Part shown: piece after piece, positions 9,648 to 18,300 of the stretch
How the letters are laid out: each line of letters starts with the position of its first letter
Position numbering within the stretch: position 1 is the stretch's first letter
DNA from: Candidatus Jordarchaeia archaeon
Lineage (GTDB): Archaea > Asgardarchaeota > Jordiarchaeia > Jordiarchaeales > Jordiarchaeaceae
DNA: 24,000 nucleotides
Reading direction: 5' to 3'
Assembly: GCA_029856435.1 (NCBI GenBank)
Contig: JAHQXB010000022.1
Span: forward strand, 25-24,024
Position numbers and translations under genes: made by a program
The notes under the pieces: generated by a model
Seen by the model: only the letters and a program-made list of their open reading frames with translations
The model's database searches: none
Told to the model about the DNA's origin: nothing

Positions 9648-10349
9648 CTACTTCTTTTTCCAAACCTTCTTTATTTCCTCTTCAGAGGCTAGTCTGAAGG
9701 TTTGAGTCTCTGCGTCAATGATGCCTAGATCTATGTCTTCAGGCTGAAGGTTTTCGGAAACTTCCCTCAAGGTGTCTACCGCCAGTTTTAACATTTCACT
9801 TATCGACATATCCTCCTTATACCCTGCTTTCAGAATTTCCAAAGCCTTAGGTTCATTAGCCCCAACCGCTGCGGCTTTGCTTTTGGTCAAGGCTCCCGAA
9901 GTGTCTATGAGAACTATTTCCGAGCCCCCTCTGCTTATTCCTCCGAAAAGTAAGGCACATCCAAATGGGCGTGTTCCCCCTAACTGTGTAAAGCGCTGCA
10001 TAAGACGCCCTAGCCTTTGGGCAAGTGTACTAACATCTATTTTTTCATCGTATGTTACTCTATACGATTGAGCTATGATTCTTGCTCTGTCAAGTAGAAG
10101 TCTTGAATCCGACATGTATCCGGCACTCGTGGCGCCTATGTGGTCGTCGATTTTCAAAACTTTTTCATGGGATTCAAGCAGTTTGCTATGTGTTTTTGCC
10201 ACCCCTGCTAATACCACGCCCTTAGATGTTTTTATTCCAACAGCCGGCGCTCCTTTTTTAACTGCCTCGCTGGAATACTCCACTTGAATGATACGCCCTT
10301 CAGGAGAATACATTGTGCTACTTTTATCATAATCCATCTCGTCGGACAT
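9648..10349 (-). CDS. psmA: archaeal proteasome subunit alpha
   Basis: 'YDKSSTMYSPEGRIIQVEYSSEAVKKGAPAVGIKTSKGVVLAG', 'DSRLLLDRARIIAQSYRVTYDE', 'RPFGCALLFGG'. Confidence 0.96.
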   Translation of the reverse strand: MSDEMDYDKSSTMYSPEGRIIQVEYSSEAVKKGAPAVGIKTSKGVVLAGVAKTHSKLLESHEKVLKIDDHIGATSAGYMSDSRLLLDRARIIAQSYRVTYDEKIDVSTLAQRLGRLMQRFTQLGGTRPFGCALLFGGISRGGSEIVLIDTSGALTKSKAAAVGANEPKALEILKAGYKEDMSISEMLKLAVDTLREVSENLQPEDIDLGIIDAETQTFRLASEEEIKKVWKKK

Positions 10350-10639
10350 TAGCCGTCTCCTCTTATATTTTGACCTATATCCTATAAGAATTGAAAGTTT
10401 CTAAATATTTCCTAAATCCTTGCTATTCCCTAAATTTTTAAATCTTTTTAATTTTGGTTATATATTTAGCTCCTGGGAGCCAACTTAGTGTTATATGCTT
10501 CCTTTCCCTGAAAGGAGGGCTATTCTTGGTTCTTCTCTAGGGTTAGAAACGTTCGTCAGAAAAGTACAAATAAGCCTTCCTTCGGGTTTTAGAGCCCTCA
10601 GTATCCGTTATTCAAACACGACAGCCAAACACCCATACA

Positions 10640-10653
10640 CTAAAGCGCTTTAG
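10640..10653. repeat. 14-bp perfect palindrome CTAAAGCGCTTTAG
   Basis: Read directly; the sequence is identical to its reverse complement, in a roughly 475-bp intergenic region. Confidence 0.8.
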
Positions 10654-10825
10654 ACAAAGGATGAAAACCTAAAGCTTTTTCATAGCAAACCCACATACTA
10701 ATTTTGTATTATTTACACTATGCAAATCTGTTTCTAAACTCTATACACTTGGTTAAAGCAGGGTGTGTTAGGGAAGCCTAGCGTTTCCACTAATCCGTAC
10801 AATCCTCCGTTTCTTTACTAGAATT

Positions 10826-11650
10826 TTACTTGCTAGAAATTTTTTTGAGCACATCTCGAATATCATATAAGCAGGTTAGGACACTTTCTATATCAAGTAT
10901 ATCTTGCTGTAGCAAGTTGCCGGCGCGTGAAAGGTCTATCTGTAATCTGAGTATAAAGGGTGAAAAGCCCTCGTTTAATTCAGGGTTTTCGGTATAAATC
11001 GCTGCGTGTATCAAGTCAACGCCGCCGTAGCCTAGGTCGAAAAGCAAGTCGTCAACTTTCAAAAGCAACTCAACTATTCGTTGCTTATCACCCTCGGTGC
11101 GTAGTTCTGCCTCGGCATCAGACAAACTTTTACTAATCTCTTCCAGCCTCTTTTTCAAAGAATCCGCGTTTATAGGCCTCTCCTCTCGATACATGGTAGC
11201 CTCTGGGCAGAAATTAAACCACCACTCAAAGTAGTGCGCTGTGCTGCAGAAGAATTTTTTATCATGATTTAATGGCTCCACGGAAACAGTGTACATGCAT
11301 TCTTCACCACAAATAGTGCACACCCCCGTCCCGTCTTGATATGGCCTGATACCTCCACAAAAAGGTACACGAACGTACATAGCGTCGCCTTTGGGGGGTA
11401 GAAGATTAGGGGGAATTTGCAACTCTTTACTGAATGGTTTTGAGTCTAATTCGGCAAATATTGCAGTCCAGACCGGGCCTCGTGGAGTTCGAACTAAAAG
11501 AGGATTTCTTCTCGGGTGGTTGTTGCAATACGTCCAATATGGATCTTCAATTTTGAAGTTTCTAACCTCACAGAAGGGCTCTTGGCCTTTATCCCTATTT
11601 GCTTTATTGAATATACATGTTCCACAGCAGTCGCTGCCACCATTAGGCAT
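10826..11650 (-). CDS. cysteine-rich zinc-binding-like protein, unknown function (274 aa)
   Basis: Intact ORF with a Cys cluster 'SDCCGTCIFNKANRDKGQEPFCEVRNF...YWTYCNNH', a second 'VCTICGEECMYTV...KKFFCSTAH' and a helical C-terminal half. Confidence 0.7.
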   Translation of the reverse strand: MPNGGSDCCGTCIFNKANRDKGQEPFCEVRNFKIEDPYWTYCNNHPRRNPLLVRTPRGPVWTAIFAELDSKPFSKELQIPPNLLPPKGDAMYVRVPFCGGIRPYQDGTGVCTICGEECMYTVSVEPLNHDKKFFCSTAHYFEWWFNFCPEATMYREERPINADSLKKRLEEISKSLSDAEAELRTEGDKQRIVELLLKVDDLLFDLGYGGVDLIHAAIYTENPELNEGFSPFILRLQIDLSRAGNLLQQDILDIESVLTCLYDIRDVLKKISSK

Positions 11651-12048
11651 AATAATTCTCTCCTAAAACCACACAATGCAATTAATCCTTTCTACTTATC
11701 TGATATGTGCTTACATAGGGTCGGGTGGTATTTGAATTTTGTACATTTCAGGTACACTTATTGGGTGTTGTAAGGTTTCGAGTGTTCATCGCTTACAAAA
11801 TGTTATTTATGGTGTATCTTTCGTCAATAATATGTGCTGAGTTGTAGTGTAATGCCTTTTTAATATAGTAACTGTTTTATCCCTTTTTAGATAAAATTGT
11901 GGCGGTTCTGGGATTTTAATAAACTTCTTTCTTAAGAATTATGGCAATATTTTGGTAACATCTGGCTATAGTTTCTCACTCTACGGGGATAATAGTCAAT
12001 ATAATAAGTGACTTTCACTAGGTTTTTAAAGGCGGTGGGTTCGATTTG

Positions 12049-13545
12049 ATGTCTCTAGATAGATTCAAGTGTACTTCTTGTAATGAGGCTGAGGCGGCTT
12101 ACTACTGTGAGGACTGCAAATCAGCTTTCTGTATGGGATGCGCCCAGGAGAGAAGGGAGGAGTTTTTTATCTGCGATTCGTGTGGCTTCAAGGAAACAAA
12201 CCTTGGAATAGATAGGGATAAGAAAAGCTCCTCAAGATGTCCAAATTGTGGTTCAACTAATTTGAGATCTGGGATTAGAAAATGGAAACTTTGTCCTAAC
12301 TGTCGCTCTGGTATGGTTATAAGCGTTCAAGATAAGAGGGTGGAGCTAAAAAAAACCTTTATTGATAATGTTAACAGTATTCTATATGGTTATGAATTGT
12401 TGAAAGATTTTTCGAGGAGACTTAGGGAAACTAGAAAGAGGCTAATCTTTCTCAGACACAGAGGGTATTTCCACTATCCAAAAATGGAGGAAACTCTAAT
12501 CTCTCTGTTCCAAGAAATTATTTCCTTGAAAAAGAAGGTGGAGGCACGGGCTCAACAGGTCTTAAATGTGATTCAAGTGCAACTCGTAGATTTTTCTTAC
12601 CCTGATAATTGGAGCCCACACGATTTTGCACAGATTCAAACAGCAGTGGACAGGATAAAAGCCGATGTGAATGACTACAAAGAATATGTGAAGGGTCTTA
12701 TGGAACAACCTGAAAAGAATCTCGAGACTGTTGTTTCCTTGGTAAAATTGCTGAGTTTTCACTGGAAGTTCTTTGAGGAACATAGAGAAAAAATTGATTT
12801 AGAAATTGGGGAAAAACCTGTAGCAGCCATTCAGAGGGTAAAATATGTGGGAAGCTCTTTTCTCAGTTTAGAAAAATGTAGTGGAATACTTTTGTTAACA
12901 GATAAAAGGATAATTTTTATCAGGGAAAAGGGACTTCTAAACAAGTCGTACCAGAAACATTTTGAACTCCCCTTAAAAGCTCACCAAATTGTAGTTGAAG
13001 GATCCATATGGAAAAAACTCTCTTTTGAAGGTTCACAGGGAGATGTGCGTTTCTCTGCATCCAAAAATACACTAAAAGCAATTGAAAGATACGTAGAATT
13101 AGCTAAAAACTTTGATAAAAGCTCCATAAAGGATAAAACCCAAACCGAAAAACTGGAAAAACTGGAAATAGCCCTAGACGACCTGAAAACTGAGCTACAC
13201 AAAAAAATTATGAGCATTTTCACACCCAAAATTAAGGAGCCCAGTTACGGATTCGAACCACAGCCACATGTTCCCACTGTCACTTCCAGATCTGCTCAAA
13301 AATCTACACCCCCACCATCCACTTATAATCGGGTACAAGTTCAAACTGTGGAAGGATCAGGAAGAGGGGATGTACTAGATTGGGAGCGAAAGAAATTCTC
13401 CGTTGAGCAGCTCCTCAAAAAAATTGAGGAGCTTTGGCGACGTGGGGACATTTCTGTAGAAGAGTATCTAAAAAGAATGAAGAATCTTTATGAAGAACTC
13501 TATGTCTTGAACCAAAAATTGAAAGAAATCCAAGTTCAGGCCTAA
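12049..13545 (+). CDS. B-box-like zinc finger / zinc-ribbon protein with PH/GRAM-like segment and C-terminal SHOCT-like module
   Basis: N-terminal 'FKCTSCNEAEAAYYCEDCKSAFCMGCAQE...FICDSCG' then 'CPNCGSTNLRSGIRKWKLCPNC'; central 'SGILLLTDKRIIFIREKG' (PH/GRAM-like strand pattern); C-terminal 'LLKKIEELWRRGDISVEEYLKRMKNLYEEL'. ATG 12049 preferred, with TTG 12046 the in-frame alternative. Confidence 0.75.
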   Translation: MSLDRFKCTSCNEAEAAYYCEDCKSAFCMGCAQERREEFFICDSCGFKETNLGIDRDKKSSSRCPNCGSTNLRSGIRKWKLCPNCRSGMVISVQDKRVELKKTFIDNVNSILYGYELLKDFSRRLRETRKRLIFLRHRGYFHYPKMEETLISLFQEIISLKKKVEARAQQVLNVIQVQLVDFSYPDNWSPHDFAQIQTAVDRIKADVNDYKEYVKGLMEQPEKNLETVVSLVKLLSFHWKFFEEHREKIDLEIGEKPVAAIQRVKYVGSSFLSLEKCSGILLLTDKRIIFIREKGLLNKSYQKHFELPLKAHQIVVEGSIWKKLSFEGSQGDVRFSASKNTLKAIERYVELAKNFDKSSIKDKTQTEKLEKLEIALDDLKTELHKKIMSIFTPKIKEPSYGFEPQPHVPTVTSRSAQKSTPPPSTYNRVQVQTVEGSGRGDVLDWERKKFSVEQLLKKIEELWRRGDISVEEYLKRMKNLYEELYVLNQKLKEIQVQA

Positions 13546-13613
13546 ACCATTACAAACCAGATATGTCTCAATTACTTTCTTAGAAGTCTTAATGTACGAA
13601 GAGAAATCCTCAG

Positions 13614-14249
13614 CTATTCCTTTTCTTTGGGCTTCTTTGAACTCTCCAACTCCCTCCTTAGATCTTCTAGCTCAGATGCCAAGGAAGATTTTTCTGTTAT
13701 TATGTCTCCTTGTGGTACTTTAGGTTCCTCTATTCCCTCTAATGCTATTTCCGCTTCTAGACGGTTTAACTCACTTTCAATGTCTCCTGCTTCTTCAACG
13801 CCCATTTCGGAGGGAGTCGCCAAAATTTCTGAGCTTCTAGAAATTTCGTGCATAGCTTCCTCTTGCTTTATCATCATTTCGAGTATCTGTTCCGAGTTGA
13901 CGAGTTTTCGGGCGTTTTCAAGCTCCGCTCCTGCCAATTCAAATGCTTCTTTGAGTTCTGAAACGTCATGGGCTTCTTCTATGGCGATGAGCCTCGTTTC
14001 AAGGTTCTCGATAAATGCGGTGTACTTGCCTAGAAAATTCTGGTATCTTCTGAACTTTCTGAGGGCGAATGTTGCCATGCCCTTGTTACCCATTTTTAAG
14101 TATTGTTTAGCCCTGTTTCTCTCCTCAATTGCCTTTCTCTCGTAGTTCCGTGAACGCAGAGTCAACCTGTTTATACTAGTTCTCAGCTGTGCAACTATTT
14201 CATCCTTATTTTTCGGCCTTTTTCCAAATAGTATATCTTTAATACTCAT
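13614..14249 (-). CDS. Snf7/ESCRT-III-like (CdvB-like) protein A
   Basis: 211-aa helical protein. Basic N-terminal hairpin region ('KAIEERNRAKQYLKMGNKGMATFALRKFRRYQNFLGKYTAFIENLETRLIAIEEAHD'), then 'NSEQILEMMIKQEEAMHEISRSSEIL......DIESELNRLEAEI' like the acidic C-terminal part of Snf7 proteins, plus the MIM1-like tail 'LASELEDLRREL'. Confidence 0.65.
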   Translation of the reverse strand: MSIKDILFGKRPKNKDEIVAQLRTSINRLTLRSRNYERKAIEERNRAKQYLKMGNKGMATFALRKFRRYQNFLGKYTAFIENLETRLIAIEEAHDVSELKEAFELAGAELENARKLVNSEQILEMMIKQEEAMHEISRSSEILATPSEMGVEEAGDIESELNRLEAEIALEGIEEPKVPQGDIITEKSSLASELEDLRRELESSKKPKEKE

Positions 14250-14345
14250 ACCTTTCTCCTCTGAGAGTATTCATAGGCTTCCTAATACATATAATAACTT
14301 CTATTCTTTATTAAACTCTACTCTTTAGGCATTATTATACATATT

Positions 14346-15383
14346 CTATCCGTATATTCTGTTTATTTCTTTTTGTCTGGTTTCTATAAAATCGATGAAG
14401 CTTTCCAGTGAAGGATCCTCCTCAGCTTCCTCATGCACCAGTTCTGCTATGCTAAGCAGGGAGGCTGCCACATGGGTACGTGCGGGCTCAGATTTTATCT
14501 CAGGCTTAATGAGGGCTGCTATTCTCTTTTCAAAATCATTGAAAGTTAGGATTCTATCCACGAGGAGAATAAAGGATTCGGTTATTTTCCTTTCCAGATC
14601 CTGTTTTTCATCAAATATCAAGTTGGCTGCCAAATTTTTGAGGGCGGGTTTCACAATGTCCTCTCTAAACCAACTGAAAAGTTTGCCCTTTTTATCTGAT
14701 GGCGGAAGAAAGCTTGAAGCAGGGACACTAATAGTTTTAGGCTGTTTTTTAAAGTTCTCCGCCATTTTGTGAATGTCTGAGCCTTTAATGGTTTCCATTG
14801 CCGCTAGTACTAGCGACTTCACCCCCAAAACCACTTCTTTCCTACTGAAGACCTCCAACATTTTTTCCAGAGCGTGTTTGGCTTCCTCGTAGGAGACCTC
14901 CTTTAAAATAAAAGATTTGAAAAGTTCCAAGATTTTTGCTCTTGTTTCTAGAGCTTCACTATAGCCAACGCTATCCAGTGTCAGGATTCTATAGCCGGGA
15001 TCCAGAACTTGCTTGTCAAACCACTTCACAACTATGTATTCATCAGTAACTCTCTTTAAGTCCTCTAGAGTAAGTTTGGGCTCCACTTCCTCTAACTCAT
15101 CGCAAAGCTGTGAGGCAAATGTTTCAAATACCGAGGACACGTAGGTTTGGAGCGCTTCATCCAACTTGAGACCTTCTAAAATCTTCTCAACCTTCTTTTT
15201 AAACGTGGGCTCAGAAATTTTTCCTTCCACCCGCTGTTTAAAATATGGAAACGACTTCTCCTTAACTATCTGAGATTTCTCAACAAAATTAGTCACAATA
15301 CTGTCTAAGACGCCAAAAACCACATACTCAAAAAATTCTCTTAAAATTTTTAGACTCTTTTCTGAATCAAAAATGTAGGGCAT
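14346..15383 (-). CDS. uncharacterised mostly alpha-helical protein (345 aa) in ESCRT-III/HerA cluster
   Basis: Intact ORF sitting 16 nt downstream of the HerA-like gene on the same strand. No family recognised by eye. Confidence 0.75.
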   Translation of the reverse strand: MPYIFDSEKSLKILREFFEYVVFGVLDSIVTNFVEKSQIVKEKSFPYFKQRVEGKISEPTFKKKVEKILEGLKLDEALQTYVSSVFETFASQLCDELEEVEPKLTLEDLKRVTDEYIVVKWFDKQVLDPGYRILTLDSVGYSEALETRAKILELFKSFILKEVSYEEAKHALEKMLEVFSRKEVVLGVKSLVLAAMETIKGSDIHKMAENFKKQPKTISVPASSFLPPSDKKGKLFSWFREDIVKPALKNLAANLIFDEKQDLERKITESFILLVDRILTFNDFEKRIAALIKPEIKSEPARTHVAASLLSIAELVHEEAEEDPSLESFIDFIETRQKEINRIYG

Positions 15384-15399
15384 TCAAATTCACCAAGAA

Positions 15400-18300
15400 T
15401 CATTCGATAAGTGATCTGCGCAGTTGCTCAATTTTTTCGAAAGCTTTCCTCTTCAAGAAAACATACTCATCTTCAGACATCCTACCCAACTCAAAATACT
15501 CGTGCAAGCTCCTTAAATATTTCTGGAATTTCTCTATCTGCCTCAGAATCTCTTCCTGCCTTTTCTCCTTACCAGACAACTTTTCCTCCCCCGCTTCCTC
15601 TAATGGTTTTACGCTCACTGGTTCGCCTACCGGCTTACTAACTTCTGGTTCGCTTACTGGTTTACTAATTTCCGGTTCAACGCTCTCTTCGGCGCTTATT
15701 CTGGGTACTGGTAGTGGGCTGGTCAATTCTGGAGGTTCCTCCCTCACTGTGGTTTCCTTAATTAGGGGTTTTGGCCTTGGTCTACGGGGAGCCGCCTTTA
15801 AGCCTCTAACTATCTCTTTAATTGTTGTTACTATGCCTGTCGCCTCATTTTTAAGCGCCGAAGTGGATGAGACACCAATTACTGTGTTTTCCTCGGTTTC
15901 AACTATTCCTACGGCTAATCTTGACTTCTCCTTAGAGGCTAAAACCACAGGTACACTTTTTGTCGCGTCTATCTCTGTTTGCCAGCCGTCTTCCCTCAAT
16001 TTTGTGTAAATTTCACGGACGGCTTCTCCGCCGCGTCCCTGCGTCACTATTGATTCTGCTACTCCCTCCATTTTGGGAGCTGGATATAAATGATCGTAAA
16101 ATCTGTATTCCAAGACACGCTTTAGGTAGTCAGAGGCCAAATCCGTTGGTAGGCTGAGTACGGGTGGGGCTGGTATTGATATGTCTGGGGACACTTCCAC
16201 CCTTTCTTCTTCTATAAGTTCTTCCAAAGCTTCTAAGGTCTCGGTCTCTTTTTCGGGTGTACTCCCTATTTCCTCGACGGTTTTTTCAATTTCCGGAGTG
16301 GCAACCTTTTTTGGAGCAATGGCTGTGAGTTCCCCAATTATCTTGGGAAGGGCTTCGCGGCCGGAATGCTGACTCAGTCTCGGTCTTATCTTAACTACAA
16401 GGGCACGGTTACTGGTAATAGATTCGTCTGAAACAATGGTCATTCCAACGGGAATGTTCCTTATAAATCCGGAATCCTTTATTTCTATGGGGACTTCTGC
16501 TGGTGATCTTTTTGTGAAAGCAGTAATGTCTGGTTCATAGGACAAATAATGTGTTATCAGCACGTCTAGTTGAGATAAAATTCTACTATCTGTGGCTGAG
16601 GGTTGCTGGGTCACAAGCACTAATCCACAGCCGGGTTTCCTTCCCAGTTTAGCATATTCTACGAGCGGTTCAGAAGCTGCAGTAGCACCTTTAGAGGGAG
16701 CGAGTAGATGAGCTTCATCAATCATCAGCCAAGTCACAGGAATCTCTGCCTCAACCTTTTCCTCCGTTGCCTCGCCCAGCTGTGCAGCCTCTTCCCTTCT
16801 TGCTATCTGCGCTCTCACCTTAAGTATCCTTCGCGCCAGTATGCCAATAATTAGAGCACGCAGACTATCATCTATATGACTTACGTCAATGACAGATACC
16901 TGATTGGGAACCGCTAACTGAGTTAAGCTAGTTCCTTTGGCTGAGAAGATTCCCCACTGATTTGCGGAGGAAAATCTGGCAACCAAAGCTCTTCTAGTGT
17001 CACGCCTAAATCCCTTGTCCTCAGAAATAATGTCGGAACAAGTCTCAACACATTTAATTAAATCCTCTAGGCTGTAATCGTTTCCTTTAGCGGGGACATC
17101 CACTTCTTGGTCGTCGATTGTGGCCCTGTAGCCTTTTTTGACCCTATCAATGACCTGTTCTGTTAAGAGGCCAAGTGCGCCAAACCTGTCTATACCAAAG
17201 GTGTGGCACCAATCGTCAGCTGTTAACTCCGAGGGCCTCAACGAGAAAGGCATATCCCTAGTTTGCTCAGGAACCCTATCATAGAAACCAATTGGAATAA
17301 AGACCCTCACGTTATCGAATCCCTTAGGGGTGAGGTTCCATTTTTCAAGAGCTTCCAACTCTTTTTCATCCCAATTGGGATACTTCATACTCCAAAAGAT
17401 TCCCATGGGATCAACGATGATGGTGGCGATTCCCAGTCTTGATTCCGCTAACTCCTCTGCAATAACTCCCATAGTGTAAGATTTACCAGAGCCTCTATGA
17501 CCACTTATAAATATAACGTGAGGCTTCACCCCATCAAGAAGAACCTTACAGCCAAGCAGGTTCACATCTTTGCTAGTCCTCTCTCCCACACAACCAATGT
17601 AGAATGTTCCCCTGCAGCCAAGTTTGGCTTGTGTAGACTTTGTTCTCCCTAAAATTACTGATTCGCCTAGACTGTCTCTAAGAACATTGAGTGGGCTGTC
17701 AACTATTTTAGGCGTGTCAACTATATTTACCCTCTCAGAGTTAATCACACTCGCCTCACCAATAATGTAGGCTAGCGCCTGCCAGTAATCCTTCAAACTT
17801 TTAAAACCAATTTGCTCCGCAATGTACCTTCTAAGCTTTGGTTGTTTTGGGTACTTCTCTTTATCGAAGCTCGACAGGCTCCATAGAAGGAAATCCGCGG
17901 TTTCCTGAGCTGATAGTCTCCCTAATGGTTTAACCGCCTTCAGAGCTTTTTCCAAATATTCCATACTCTCGGTAGCCATCAAAAGAAGCAGAAATACCTC
18001 CACCCGCTTATTTATATCAATTGAACTTATGAGCTCAACCATATTGTCAAGAAATTTGTCATCTTCATTATACATAAAACCTTCAAAAAGAATCTTCGCA
18101 ATTTCTAGGTCGAGTGATTTCTGGAACAAAGCGAACTCCAATGCGGCCTGAAGAGACTTTTGAATCTTGTCGCTCCCAGATTCTGCCAGTAGTGAACGAA
18201 AGGCATGGACTATGGTTGCTGTGGCTTCGCCGTCTATTTCTCCCCTGCTTGAAAGCCAAGCTCCAGAATTTGATTGTAGAGAAATCAGTCCTTCAGCGGT

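Noticed and set aside
9487-9705. Plus-strand ORF 9487..9705
   Set aside because: Low-complexity translation overlapping the psmA 3' end and a T-rich intergenic segment.
11391-11773. Plus ORFs 11391..11666 and 11516..11773 and minus ORF 11494..11676
   Set aside because: They overlap the cysteine-rich protein gene or its upstream region. No independent support.
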